Origin: Octopus vulgaris
Lineage: Eukaryota
Length of the DNA: 64,000 bases
Direction: 5' to 3'
Assembly: GCA_951406725.2 (NCBI GenBank)
Contig: OX597823.1
Coordinates: 82,398,001-82,462,000 of the forward strand
Below the pieces are notes generated by a model. It searched no databases, was not told the origin of the DNA, and was given only the letters and a program-made list of their open reading frames with translations. The translations under genes and the position numbers were made by a program. Shown piece by piece: positions 39,060 through 52,224 of this stretch (position 1 is the stretch's first letter; each line of letters opens with the position of its first letter).

Positions 39060-39890
39060 AATTAAAACATGTAGAAGAAAGACGACAAGAAAAAACAATA
39101 ACGCGAGGACCTAGTACATGGAAAGTATTAATGAGACACTCAGAGAAGGAAAGAACGAGTGGGTGTTTTACGTTACGAGCAAAGCTTTCTGCGGAACCAT
39201 GAGACATAAGAAAGGAGGAAGGAGGAAAACAATCGCCAACAGTCCACGTTAGTTACAGTTTTGAAATAACAGAAAGTAGATGGACAAAAGGAAAGCGCTT
39301 TCTGGGACGGAAGTGTTTGAAGAATGGTTGATATCTGTGTGTGTGTGGGCGTGTGTGGGCGTGGCGTGATAGCCTGTGTGTGCATAGTAACGTGTGTATG
39401 CGGCAGTAACTGTGTACGTGAGTGAATGTGTGTGTGCGTGGTGGCATGTGATTGTGGTGGCATGTGTGCGTGTGGCGGTGGTGAGATGTGTTTGTATGTG
39501 GTGCTGTGGGTGTGTGACAATAACAGTGTATGTGTGTGCATGTTAGCGTGTGTGTGTGTGTGTGTGTGGTTGTAACTCTGTGTGTGTGTGAGTGGGCGGG
39601 TATTAACATTTTACATGTGTTTGTGTGAGTGGTCTGTGTATGTCTGTTAAGGTCATAGTGAGAGATTAGAAGTTATGGTGACAAGTATATATATATGGGT
39701 GGTTGTGGCAATGTGTGCGCGTATGTGTAGTTTTGCGCGTGCGCAAAATGGGATGGTCAGTAGTGAGTCGGGACAGTTTGAAGGGTGTGTCAATGAGTGG
39801 GTGTGGTGGAGTGTAGGTGCGTTGTCTGAAGGGTGTGTGAATGGTGTGAGTGTGTGTATGGGTGAGGGTGGTTGTGTGTGTGCGTGGACA
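39060..39890 (-). mobile_element. Diverged Penelope-like terminus with GT-rich 3' UTR
   Basis: AAAGACGAC..GTATTAATGAGACACTCAG..TTTTACGTTACGAGC resembles the 20858 and 53606 termini, followed by a GT-rich tract; decayed hammerhead at ~39163-39198. Confidence 0.5.
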
Positions 39891-39942
39891 CATCTATATC
39901 TCTCTACGTACCGATCTCCTTGTCTCTCAGTGTATATATATG

Positions 39943-39975
<33 letters not shown>

Positions 39976-40641
39976 TTGTGTGTTCATGTGTGTATGGATG
40001 TATGTGTATCGTAGATATATTCATACAATCATACATACATGTATATATGCACGTATTATATAGTAAATCTAACGTGATATTACAATTTATGCTGTGTAAA
40101 GTGATAAAGTGTTGAGTATCAAGTTTTAGCAAGCCAAACAATTCTCTCGCTTGTGTATGAAGTAATAAATTCTGTAGCAAGAAGCAATTGCATGAATAAA
40201 TTAGTAATGAAGCAACTTTGTGGCAAGAAAAATCAATGTATTGTCTTTATTTGATCATAGGATGTTAGTTGATAAAGAGTTACCAGCTCTTTTGGCGTTT
40301 TCTCAGGAAATGCAGTATCTATTGTTTTCCATAGACACGAGATTTCTTTCTACATATTGTAAAACACATTGAACTGTTTAGAAAACAAGATAACCTGTTT
40401 AAAAAGACAAAGGGATATCGGCAGCAGATTTGAACTCCATATTTCCCCGGTCATAAACTCGGCTTTAATTTGTCTACCAAATTTAAATGCGTATGAGTGT
40501 CTGTGTGGTAGGTAGCTTGTTTACGAACCACATGGCTCCGAGTTTAGTCCCACTTCGTGGCATCTTGGGTAAGAATCTTCTACTATAGCCTTGTGAGTTT
40601 GATAGACGAAAACTAAAAGAAGTCCGTTGTATATATATATT

Positions 40642-40943
40642 TAATGTAGGATAAATTTTTTTTCAAAAAAAATTTTATCAATGGCCAGCATATTAAAAAA
40701 TAGCCTTAAAGGTTAAATTTATAAACAACTTATAAATAAGGGCAAACAAAAAAATTTCTAATGCCAAATATGCCGAAATTAGACACCTTGTCCATAACCA
40801 TATAATTTTTCACAATACGCACGCTACTCAAAAAAGGTCGACAGAAATTTCTAAAAAATTCCATTATTACCATATCGGACCGATTTCAGGGTTAGTTCAT
40901 AAGAACCCTCCCTTCGTCAGTAATAAATGTGGCAAAGAAATAA

Positions 40944-40948
<5 letters not shown>
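40642..40948 (-). mobile_element. (TA)n-inserted Penelope-like short element
   Basis: ~300-bp foreign segment inside the SINE microsatellite, containing a hammerhead. Confidence 0.7.
40867..40926 (-). ncRNA. Type I hammerhead ribozyme motif, canonical core
   Basis: uuauua-CUGACGA-aggg..cccu-GAAA-ucgg u ccga-UA/ugguaa; helix I 6 bp with two G-U pairs, near-palindromic helix III, AUA site. Confidence 0.75.
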
Positions 40949-41009
<61 letters not shown>

Positions 41010-41309
41010 GTATGTGTGTGTATATGTTTGTGTGTCTGTGTTTGTTCCCCAACATTGCTTGACAACCGATTCTGGTGTGTTTACGTCTCCGTAACTTAGT
41101 GGTTTGCTAAAAGAAACCGATAGAACTACTAGGCCTACAAAGAATAAGTCCTGGGGTCGATTTGCTCGACAGTCACAAGACTGAAACAAGAAGTGCAATT
41201 TGAACGAACTATGAATTATGGTTATTTTTGTTTTACATTTGGTACAACCCTCAAAAGTGCGCATGCGTGTGTGTAGGAATGTCTGCAGATTTTATCTTTT
41301 TCTTGTTTC

Positions 41310-41470
41310 GGTAAGTTACTTCATGGACATTCTCCTGAAGCCATACTTAAAACACAGCAAAACTTACATCAGAGATGATTTGGTCATGTTTAACCACCTG
41401 TCAGAACAGATCGAGGAAGAATACATTCATGGTTACATTCGATGTCATCAACTTATATACCACATCGCCA
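41310..41470 (+). pseudogene. Penelope-like reverse transcriptase fragment (region around motif A)
   Basis: SYFMDILLKPYLKHSKTYIRDDLVMFNHL..(frameshift)MVTFDVINLYT matches the Penelope RT pattern D.LLKP....SYI.D...FL..L...LVTFDV.SLYT. Confidence 0.7.
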
Positions 41471-41536
41471 TGAAGAAATTTCAACCCAAGGCCTTTTTTT
41501 CAGCCTGGTCTTTATTCTTTTAATCTCTATTGCCGT

Positions 41537-41780
41537 ACTAAGTTACGAGGGCGTTAACACACCAGCCCCGGTTCTCGAGCCGTGATGGGGATACAGACAC
41601 AAACACACACAGAGACACACACATATACGACGTTGCTCCTTTTGGTTTTTGTCTATCAAATACACTGACAAATCTTTGGTCGGTCCGAGGATCTAGTAGA
41701 AGACACTTGTGCAAGGTGCCATGTATGGAACTGAACACAGAACCATCGGGAAACAAGCTTCTTACCACACAATCGCTGTA
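41537..41780 (-). mobile_element. SINE family B, 3'-truncated
   Basis: Reverse complement TGTGTGGTAAGAAGCTTG..GGCACCTTGCACAAGTGTCTTCTACTA..CGTAACTTAG. Confidence 0.8.
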
Positions 41781-41825
41781 GATATATATATATACAGTGT
41801 GTATATATATGTATATATATAGTGT

Positions 41826-41912
<87 letters not shown>

Positions 41913-42439
41913 GCATGTATGTATATATTGTTGACCAGTTTTATTCATATCGTAGTTTACAAATCCAAGCATGAAAACGTTACTCAACTTTGGAGTTTTG
42001 GAGATAGACGCCCCCTCCATATACACACACACATACATTTAATGAAGAAACAGAATAAACAGTAAGATGATATATGTTGACTTTATTAGATATTTCTGTT
42101 TATTTAGAAACCTACAATGAACAGGTCATGCCACTGATGCTAAACTATAAATTTCACAGAGTACAACCTTAATGTTGACACCGCTCCGCTAAACGCAGAA
42201 AACACCTGTATCGCTATTGGCTATAAATATACAGTTTTCCCAATTTTTAAATCTCAATAACTTTTTCCTCCAATGTTTTCTCTCCACGTCATACCTTCAT
42301 AGCAACGAGCCTGGAAGACTACATTATTATAGCCGATTTTCATATTTTTTACTTCCTTTTAAAAAGTGCATATTTTGGGAATGAAAAAAAATTAGATCCG
42401 ACTGAAGTCCTGCAATTCTAGAGGAAGAGATAAGTTAAT

Positions 42440-42812
42440 AATAACGATCTCACTGCTCAACTGGTACTTATTTTGTCGACCACCAAAAGGCATAGTCGAC
42501 TACGGTGGTATTTGAACTCAGGACGTAAAGCCGGAAGAAATGTCGTCACACATTTTGTCTGGCGTGATTACGGTTCTGCCATCTCTCCATCCATCTCATT
42601 AACACTACGATATTAGTCTAAAATATGGTACAGGCCAGGAATTTCAGAGGAAGGGGTTGGTCGATTGCACCGGCTGCACAGCTGTTACTTGTCTTATCGA
42701 TACTGAAAGGCAGAATCGAACTTATTGGCATCTGAAATCAGAACGTAAAGCTGGAAGAAATGCCGCTATTCGTAGTGTTCGGCGTAGTAACGATACTTTC
42801 TGCTCACCACCT
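42440..42812 (-). mobile_element. SINE family A, two diverged tandem copies
   Basis: Two TTTGAACTCAGGACG / CTGAAATCAGAACG..GAAGAAATG units. Confidence 0.65.
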
Positions 42813-43052
42813 TAGTTGCAATTTCCAAATTAAACAAAGAACACAATGGATGATGTTGTCCCTGACACAAGTGCCCTCAAAATCTTATTGAGCATAGCTG
42901 AAGTGTCTTTGAGCATAGATCTACTCGATGACGGTCGACTTGGATATAATCGATAACAGCAACGACGAATGCAATGACAGCACCACTACAGCAACATCAA
43001 GATAAAAGATAATACGCTAATTTGAATTATGCTTCAGTGTCTATGGTACGCT

Positions 43053-43309
43053 GTGGAGGCGCGTGGCTTAGTGATTAGGGTGTCAGCATTATGATCATAA
43101 GATTGTGGTTTCGATTCCTGGACCGGGCAACGCGTTGTGTTCTTGAGCAAAACACTTCATTTCATGTTGCTACAGTGGACTCAGCTGGCAAAAATGAGTA
43201 ACGCCGCGATGGACTGGCGTCCAATCCAACTGGGGAACACATGCCATAGAAACCGGGAAACCGGGCCCAAGAACCTGGCTAAGCTTTAAAAGGGCGCATT
43301 ATGTCTTTT
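43053..43309 (+). mobile_element. CORE-type SINE, head D with tail 3
   Basis: 13-bp TSD TCTATGGTACGCT at 43040-43052 and 43310-43322; head as 28509, tail as 34400. Confidence 0.9.
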
Positions 43310-43399
43310 TCTATGGTACGCTATTCAATTAGATAGGGGCATAACACAAACAGGACTATGGATCTGAGACCTGATTCATCGTCTCGCCGAGTTAATAAC

Positions 43400-43670
43400 T
43401 GGTACTCTGTCGGCTACAACAACGTAGGTTCAGTTGATCCGATCAACGGAACAGCCTGCTCAAGAATTTAACGTGCAAGTGACTGAGCACTCTACAGACA
43501 CTCGTACACATAATGTAATACTAATGGAGATTCAGCGTGACACAGAATATGATAAGGCTGGCCCTTTGAATTGCTGGTACAACTCATTGTTGCCAGCTGA
43601 GTGAACTGGAGCAAAATGAAATAAATCACCTTGCTTAAGGACACAAACGCGCCGCTGGATATCGAACTCA
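43400..43670 (-). mobile_element. CORE-type SINE, head D (truncated) with tail 2
   Basis: Reverse complement matches 28560-28805. Confidence 0.8.
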
Positions 43671-44249
43671 GTAGCAGCTGGTATAACACTCTGTTATACG
43701 CATTGAAGCTAGGTCTCATTTTAGGATCTCTTGCTCTGGTTCAGTCCGGCAAGTCTCAGGTGGGCGTGAGACAGAATTCCTGCAAATAATGATGAGATCC
43801 ACATTCTCTCCTGTCTATAAGATAAGGAAAAAAAATCAATGCCTAATTAGAAATAAATGATAATAGCAAATACAAATAGAGATCAGAGTAACTGAAGCAT
43901 CTGCACTTGGAGTTAATTGCAATCTTGTTAGTGGAAACGTGTCAAAATGTCAGCCTTTCGTGTAAACATAAATTTAATTCTTTTACTTTATCAAATTAAT
44001 GATAATGAGTGTTCTAACCCACTCCTCCTCTCTGGTGAGGTGGTAGATGCCACAACCGATTAAGTGCTGCGTACCCGGGACATTGAAGGCACTTAGAGGT
44101 GGTTACACAGTTTTCTAGATATAACAGCCAATACTCTGATAATGTAATCGAAGGCATATTATGTCACAGGGAGAATAAAACGGAATGGTTGCAATGAATC
44201 TCGAAATATTTTGATTGCCTGTCAGAATTTAGAGAGAATTAAGGAACAC

Positions 44250-44485
44250 CGTCGTCGTCGTCAACAACAACAACAACAACAACAACAACAACCACAACCA
44301 CTACTGCTACTACTGCTACTGCTACTACTACTACTGCTACTACTACTACTACTACTACTACTACTATTGCTATACCAGCTTGCTGCTACCCCCACTACTA
44401 TTACTAATACTATCACTAGTACACATATTGCTATTACTACTACTGCTGCTGCCGCCGCCACTTCTGCTGCCCCTGCTGCTTTTGT
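44250..44485. repeat. (CAA)n/(CTA)n/(CTG)n compound microsatellite
   Basis: Read directly; source of the poly-Q/L/S ORFs. Confidence 0.95.
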
Positions 44486-44559
44486 TGTTAAAGGAAGCAG
44501 ACTTTAGGTGGCCTTTTGACCTGCTAAAATTAGCAGTTAAATTTCCCACGATGACTCAT

Positions 44560-45790
44560 TGAGGCCAATTTTTTCTTTCGACATAATAAAGTACCAGTCA
44601 AATAGTGGACTCGATCTAATCGAATTAACCCTCCTCTCAAATCTGCTTGCTTTAATACATTTTCTAAAAAGGACGGCAGACTGGCAGAATCGCTAGAGTG
44701 TCGAATAAAATGTTTTGTGGCATTTCTTCCGACCTTTCTTTCAGAGCTCCCATTCCACCGAGGTCAACTATAGTTTACCCCATCCCCTCAAAATTACCGA
44801 TTTTCAGCCAAAATTAGATAGAATTATTGCATTTTCTAACAGGGCAGTGAGCTGACAGCATCGATTGAGTTCACATAATGCAGAGGTCAACTTTAATTTT
44901 CTCCTTTCAGCCAAAATTAGAAACACTTGTTACATTTTCTACTTCAAGGTGGAATCAATCGGACAAAATTCATCCCACCGAAATCAACCTTCACTTTTCA
45001 TCCTTCTAGAATCGATAAATCAAAGTACAAGTCACGAACTAGTGTCGATGCTTTTGATTTACACCTCCCCTCATATAGTTTTGACCTTGTGCTTAAATCA
45101 GAAACCATTGTTAGGTTTCTGATTTAAGGCGATGAATGCGGCGAGGTTGCAGAATCGTTAGCTCGCCGGACGAAATGCTTAGCGATATTTCGTCTGTTTT
45201 TTCGTTCTGAGTTCAAATCTGCCGAGGTCGACTTTGCCTTTCATCCTTTCGAGGGTCGATACATTAAGTACCAGTTGCGTAATGGGGTCAATCTAATAGA
45301 CTACAACCCCTCCCCCAAAAAATTTCGGGCCTTGTGCCTAGAGTAGAAAAGAATTATATTTTCTAATTAAGGCGACGAGCTGACAGAAACGTTAGCACGC
45401 CGGGCGAAATGCTTAGCGGTAGTTCATCTGCCGTTACGTTCTGAGTTCAAATTCCGCCGAGGTCGACTTTGCTTTTTATCCTTTCGGGCTCGATAAACTA
45501 AGCACTAGTTACACACTGGGGTCGATGTAATCGACTTAATCCGTTTGTCTGTCCTAATTTGTCCCCTATATGTTTAGCTCCTTGTGAGCCATAAAGAAAT
45601 ATGAAACGTTAACATTCTGAACAAAATACTTAGCGGCGTTTCGTCCGTCTTTACGTTTTCAGTTCAAATTCCGTTAAGGTCTATTTTGTCTTTTATTCTT
45701 TCGGAGTCTATGAAATAAGTACTAGTTGAGCACCGAAGTTGATATAATCTCGACAAACTCCCTCCCATGAAATTTCGGGTATTAAATTTC
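44560..45790 (+). mobile_element. Head-to-tail array of about 6-7 SINE family A units of differing divergence
   Basis: Degenerate units at 44560-45120, well-preserved units starting at ~45140 and ~45369, and a fused unit at ~45603. Confidence 0.8.
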
Positions 45791-46914
45791 CTTTTAAAAT
45801 TTGTGACTATGTAACTACATTAGAGCAGAGAAGTGTGACATTAAAACTTCTTTGATGACATTGGAAGCAAGAAAACAGCTGAAATTATTTGGTATAACAA
45901 AGTTTCAAATATCCATAGAAACATTTAGAGTAATGAACAATTATGATAATGAAAAATGATATAATTGTATTATTGGGAATAAAAAAAGACTTCGTTTTTT
46001 TTTCTTTGTTTTTTTTTTTTATCTCAGAATAAACATGTTTTGAAAACAAGAAGAAGATAGAAAGCAACACAATATTTATATTTTTGAACCAACTCAATAA
46101 TTATACATTTTTCTTTACTTCCTATGATAAATAATGGGTTTCTTGCATGAAATCAATACCTCGCTTGTTATATCGATCAGATCTAAAATCTTTGGATATA
46201 TTCATCTGTAAAGTATTTCCTTAATAAACTTGCTCTTGTTTCTCAATATAGTTTTACTCGTTAAAATTCTATACTTACGCATGCTCTGCAAGAAAATATA
46301 AAAGCTAACACGAAAAATAAACCAAATCCACCCCGCTTCTACCTCATAAAGAAAAAATATCCCAATGACTATTATTATATAAAGATATTTATTGTTATTC
46401 ACCAGAACATCTTTTCATCTAGTCTTTCTTTTTACTTTCTTTCTTTTCAAAACAAAGAACAATTGAATTCCGGTTGATAGTTATGCATTAATAATTCCTA
46501 AGTATGGTTCTTTCGCTTGAAATAACTCATAATGGTTTCTTACAGTGGAGCAATGAAACACAGTTTGAAGGAAGAGTATTATCGATTGAATCGGCCGCGA
46601 TATATAACTGGTACTTTATCGAGCAAATGAGATATTCACTATGCGGTCGCTCTATATATTAGAAACAACAGCCGGAATGCTGTCTGCATCTTGTGAAAAT
46701 AAGTTTTTGGAAGAATGTAATTTTATAATCGTAGATACTTTATTGGGATAAAGTAGCCGTCCACTGGAATTATATTGTCGTACATTGGGAAAATATACTA
46801 GTAGATACATAATTACTAAAACAAACAACGTGATGGTGATAATTGAAAGGTATCGGTATTAACTTTGCTTAAGTAGGACTAACTAACCTGATGGTATATT
46901 CTACTCTCTACATG

Positions 46915-47210
46915 TTATGCTTAAGGAGAACACTAGACAGCAAGTGGCTGAAAAATTTCCGAAATGAAACGATTGAGACAACAGAAGACATCAATAGAAT
47001 CAGTGACGAACTAACACACAAACGTTGGAACTAGATCAAGATCGAGAAAGCGGTTGTATGATGCTACTAAAGTGGACGCTGGAGTCGGGGAGGGATATCA
47101 GGAGGGCATTCTAACGTCACATGGCGAAGGACCATTGACGAGGGAGGGTAGAGAAGCTGGAATGAGACCAGAATAGTGGAGCGATTATTTTGCTGCTTGT
47201 GTGCCTCATG
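46915..47210 (+). pseudogene. Decayed RTE-clade LINE 3' end
   Basis: ISDELTHKRWN*I..KWTLESGR..GHSNVTWRRTI..REAG..WSDYFAA, matching the RW.WIGH..W.P..G.R..GRP..TWRRT pattern across frameshifts. Confidence 0.6.
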
Positions 47211-48461
47211 TTTGTTTTTGTTGATGCTCGTGTTCACGGTGGTTTTACTTATATCTTGTTGTTGACGATTGGTGTTTTCTTGTTTGATACACTTTTGCTA
47301 CTTTAGCTATTTCTATTTCCACTCCCCTCAACGACAAACTTGGTTCTGTTGAAGAGAAGCCCTTCCAAGAAAATATATCCTTTACCATACTCACAATATA
47401 AATAAAAACATATTTAACTCTTAAATCTTGCAAACAAGACCGAAAAAAAAAATTAAATGAACTCTAAGGGATTTTCTATACTTTCATGAATATTTTATGG
47501 CGCCATTTATGATCAAAATAGAAACGTACCTGTTTAATATCTGCAGATGCTCTATAAAGAACATTGGATTCCAACAGAGTAGTTAAAAATATTAAAAGAT
47601 ATTACATAGAAATTGAGAGCTTAAAATAAAGAATATATGATGAGATAAATAACAAACAAAAGTTTTTAAACATAAATACACTAGAAAAATATTACATCTA
47701 TAAATATTGAGAATTTCTATTGCAAAGAAAGAATCTGCTGGAGCAAGGCTTGTAAAAGAAATATAAAACTGAGCAAATATAGATCATTGCATACCTACGC
47801 AATATTTACTAACAAAAGGAGAAATATTATTCTGTATTGGATAATATGAACACAACTGAATATGAGAAAAATCAGAAGGTCAAAATAACCTGAAGATGGA
47901 ATTGTGTACAAGAATACCTTAGGATGGAAATAGTCAAATAATTAAGATCGATATTTTTATCGACTGACAATATATCCTCCTAAAGGTAAAACTTAATAAA
48001 GTAAAGGCTTTGAAAACGTATAATGAACTATCCTACGTAGGCTTACAACAGATTCAAATGTGAATTTCAGCAGAATAAGTCAACTAGTCTATGGTATACA
48101 AGATGCAAGTTATATTGCTACAGACCTAAATAAAAAGTACGGAAAACAAACATAAAATGAAAGGTAATTGTCTTTCAAATATTTCATTCAATGAGATCTA
48201 CAATGATGATATATGAACTAATAAATGGATGCAATATACAGACAAATATCGCAGGAATACAAAATGAAAGGTTGAGTAGCTGAAATCAAAGAAAGCTTGG
48301 TCTAAATCGCATAGAACGAATCACTGAAAAAAACAATAACAACGGTTTTCCTAAATACTGCTTTGGGTTGTTGAAATACTTATCTTTATTGGACATAAGT
48401 ATTTGGACTCCAGGCTGAAAATAATTTTACCAAGAAAATTTAAAAACCAGAACAGAAACCA

Positions 48462-48580
48462 TAGTCGTAACTGTGTGGTAAGGAGCTTGCTTCCCAACCA
48501 CATGGTTCTGGGTTCAGTCTCACTGCGTGGAACTTTTGTCTTCTACTATAGTCTCGGTCCGACCAAAGCCATGTGAGAAA
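48462..48580 (+). mobile_element. SINE family B 5' fragment
   Basis: CTGTGTGGTAAGGAGCTTGCTTCCCAACCACATGGTTCTGGGTTCAGTC. Confidence 0.75.
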
Positions 48581-48734
48581 AATTGTAAAAGATAAAATAT
48601 CATTGAGGTATTAATAATGGCTTAAAATTTGGGCGCATTATTGCTGTAGTAATAATTATTTCTAAGTTTGGAACATCAATGAAAAGGGGTGGAGCAAGTC
48701 GATCACATCAGCCCCGAATCTGAACTAACACTTA

Positions 48735-49054
48735 TTCTTTTCTACTCTAGGCACAAGGCCCGAAACTTTGGGGATAGAGGCCAGTCGATTAGATCGACAC
48801 AAATACACAACTGGTACTTAATTTATCGACCCCGAAAGGATGAAAGTCAAAGCCGACCTCGGCGGAATTTAAACTCAGAACGTGAAGACGGGCGATATAC
48901 CTATTTCTATTTCTTTACTACCCACAAGTGGCTAAACACAAAGGGGACAAGCAAGGACAGACAAACGGATTAAGCCGATTACATCGGCCCCAGTGCGTAC
49001 CTAGTACGTAATTTATCGATCCCAAAAGAATGAAAGGCAAAGTCGACCTCGGCG
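48735..49054 (-). mobile_element. SINE family A fused dimer (units 2 and 3 of the trimer type)
   Basis: Reverse complement matches ~30125-30426, including the unit junction. Confidence 0.8.
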
Positions 49055-49388
49055 ACAGCCTGCTCGTGAAATTAACGTGCATGTGATTGAGCACTTCACA
49101 AACACGTGTACGCTTAACGCTGTTCTCGGGGAGATTCAGCATGACACAAAGTGTGACAAGGTGGTCTCGTTGAAATACACGTACAACAGGAACAGGAAGA
49201 AAGAATGAGAGAAAGTTGTGGCGAAAGAGTACAGTAAGGTTCGCCACCACCTCACACCGGAGCCTCGTGGAGCTTTATGTGTTATTCGCTGAAAAATCAC
49301 TCACAACGCCCGGTCGGTCTGGGAATGGAAACCGCGATCCTATGACCGTGAGTCCGCTGCCCTAACCACTGGGCCTTTGCGCCTCCAC
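49055..49388 (-). mobile_element. tRNA-derived SINE, head C with tail 2
   Basis: Head and body as 22869 and 34400; tail ..TGTGTCATGCTGAATCTCCCCGAGAAC..GCACGTTAATTTCACGAGCAGGCTGT as in 28509 and 43400. Confidence 0.85.
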
Positions 49389-49425
49389 AATGAGAGACTA
49401 TATATGCTTTCTCAGCATATATATA

Positions 49426-49472
<47 letters not shown>

Positions 49473-49710
49473 ACATTTATAAAAATTAAGTGATTTTAAA
49501 AGTGATTTTAATATAATTTAATACTATTTCATACTTTTTGAGTTTATAAATTCTTTCACATGTTAAATATATGTATTTGGAGATATTTGAGCAGAATTCC
49601 CTGGTTATAAATTAAAAACATTATTCGGAAAATATGAAGCCAATTAAAAATTAAATTTATTTAATTTCCCTCAAATTAGAAATGAAAATGAAACCAATAT
49701 TTAGTTCTGG

Positions 49711-49753
<43 letters not shown>

Positions 49754-50029
49754 AAGAGAAAAGTAAAATAATTACGAAAATGTCGATGAAAAACGGAAAC
49801 TAAGATTAATTTTCAGCTTAGCCTGCAGAAAAGCACTATAAACAAATATAGTGCTACGAATATGACTATTATTATTTCAATAGTATTATTGCTTGGAGTG
49901 CTGTATCATGGATACTTGAAACGCGAGAGAACTGATTTATTAGCCTATACATGAGCAATCTGTATCCTGTTACTAGCTGTTAGATCGTGAATCCGTAGGC
50001 AAGATATTTAATCACCGTAAAACCTATCT

Positions 50030-50345
50030 CTGTCTTTTATTTGTTGCACTCGTTGGACTGCAGCCATCCTGGGGCGCCACTTTGGAGGGTGTTACACAAA
50101 TAAATCGACCCCATTTTACGTCTTTTACTTATGCAATCGGACACTTTTGCTGACCCGCTATGTCACATAGATGTAAATGAAGCAACACTCGCTGTCAATC
50201 GCACACATACATATATATACATACGCAGGCTTCAACACAGTTTCCGCCAACCATATTCACTCAGACATTTGGGGCAATAGTAGAAGACAATTTTCCAAGG
50301 TGCCGTGCAGTGGAACTGAACATGAAACAACGAAGATGCAAAGCC
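50030..50345 (-). mobile_element. SINE family B, old copy
   Basis: GGACTGCAGCCATCCTGGGGCGCCAC..CCAAGGTGCCGTGCAGTGGAACTGAAC. Confidence 0.65.
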
Positions 50346-50384
50346 ATTCTTGCACGTATTCTATTTAAATACAGACTCAGGTTA

Positions 50385-50640
50385 CGAACAACTATGTCTT
50401 TCATTCTTTCAGAGTTGAGAAAATCAGTATCAGCCGAGCCCTGGGGTATGTAATCGACATACCCCTCCTGCGAAATTGCTGGCATTGTGCCAAAATTTGA
50501 AACCAATTGTGCAAAAATTAGTTAAAGCGTCGAGCTCGCAGAACCGTTGGCTTTGCCTCTTATCCTTTCGTGGGCCATAAAATAAGTACCAGATACGCAG
50601 TAGGATCGAGTTAATCGGCTTACTTCCTTCGTCGAAATTG
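50385..50640 (+). mobile_element. SINE family A, two degenerate partial copies
   Basis: CTTTGCCTCTTATCCTTTCGTGGGCCATAAAATAAGTACCAG. Confidence 0.55.
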
Positions 50641-51314
50641 TGTCAACATTACATTATTTTTCCTGCTTTTCTGTTTCTTTTTATATTCAGTTTCAGCTTA
50701 CTTCCTTGGTCTGCTATTATCCTTTCAACAAAGTACTTGAAGTAATAATGGTTCGTTGATATATTTACTTGTATGTGTATGTCAGCTTATCATAGTATAA
50801 AAGCCACCATTAATATTTTATTTTTAAGAACAACCCATAGTACAGAGTATGAATGCATCGGTTTTCTAATTACGTAACGTATTTTTCGATGAAGATAAAT
50901 TAAACTCTATATTTCCATCACTTTTTATTTTCTAATGGGAAGATCAAGTAAAGCTTTTATGCTATTATTGGTATGTACTCCCAGGTACTGAGATAATATA
51001 CAGCGGTTAGATGTCTTGAAGTAACAATTATCTTCTGACGTAAACGACTTTGGTTCCGAACCCCAATTATAAGGTATTCAAGCAGAGAGTCCCATTCAAC
51101 CACACAAACTTCGATAAATTTACATTGTCGCAAAAATCCTTTTGCTTCATTTGCACTATGACTACATTTGTGAAGTCATCGTACATTTCCGACGTTTTTT
51201 TCATTTTGGAAATCAATTATCTTCTTAATTGTTCATCCTAAGTTTCATGTCTGTGGCAACCCTGATATTTCACTTGGTCTTCTTTGGCTAATGTTCTTTC
51301 TAATGGTCAACTTA

Positions 51315-51530
51315 CTTTTACCTTCTTTTACTTGTTTCAGTCAGTGATTTGCGGCCATGCTGTGGCACCTCCTTGAAGTGTTTTAATAGAATAAATTGCA
51401 GTCGGTCCTTACTTTTAGGTTTTCCATCGGATTTTAACCGAGCTGCTAAGTCATGGAGATGTAAATAAACCAAATTAGATTGTCAAGCGCAATGGGGGAC
51501 AAACACAGATACAAACACGTAAACACATAC
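51315..51530 (-). mobile_element. SINE family B 3' half
   Basis: CTTTTACTTGTTTCAGTCA..GCGGCCATGCTG..TTGTCAAGCG..GGGGACAAACACAG. Confidence 0.75.
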
Positions 51531-52034
51531 ATATGTACGTGTGTACATGTGTATAGTCCCGTATTTCCATGCTCTCTGCAAATCTAAATATCTCAACCAA
51601 AATGCTAGCTACAATAATGAGGCACTAGTGAAGTCCGGTTATGAAGTCAAAATAACTTATCTTCTGAATGGCCATGATTTTCCTACCACTACTAGTCTTG
51701 CAAGACCACAGAATGGGCGTCCAACATTGTTCAGTGCTAAGTCTACTCCTCATAACCTTAATAGTATAGTATGAAAACGGAAAACAATCGTATAGTTAAC
51801 TCTAATGGTGCTAAATTCCAACAACTAAATACTACTAGGCACTGTAACAAAAATAATGAAGATAATTACAATCGTATACTGCCTAACAAATAATGCTGTT
51901 AATGTTAATAAGGGCTACCCCTGTGATATGCAAAATATAACTTTAAATTAGGAGAAATCCTCTAACGTAAATTATATAAGCTCGCAAATAGGTATAAACG
52001 AAATAGTAATAACTGTGAATTGATAAAGCGTATA

Positions 52035-52085
52035 CCACCACCACCACCACTACCACTTACACCACACCTGCACCACTATCACCAT

Positions 52086-52150
<65 letters not shown>

Positions 52151-52195
52151 TTACTACTAGTAGTAGTACCACCACCACCACTACCTCCACCACCA
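52035..52195. repeat. (ACC)n/(ACT)n microsatellite
   Basis: Read directly. Confidence 0.95.
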
Positions 52196-52224
52196 AAACC
52201 GCCGCCGGTTTTACGTAAGCGTAT

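Larger units (their letters stand above)
40492..41190 (+). mobile_element. SINE family B split by a nested hammerhead element
   Basis: 5' half ends GAAGTCCGTTGTATATA at ~40640; 3' half resumes after (TA)n at ~41010. Confidence 0.8.

Noticed and set aside
47520-48440. A-rich stretch that looks like a decayed retroelement ORF
   Set aside because: No diagnostic motif could be read, so it is left unassigned.
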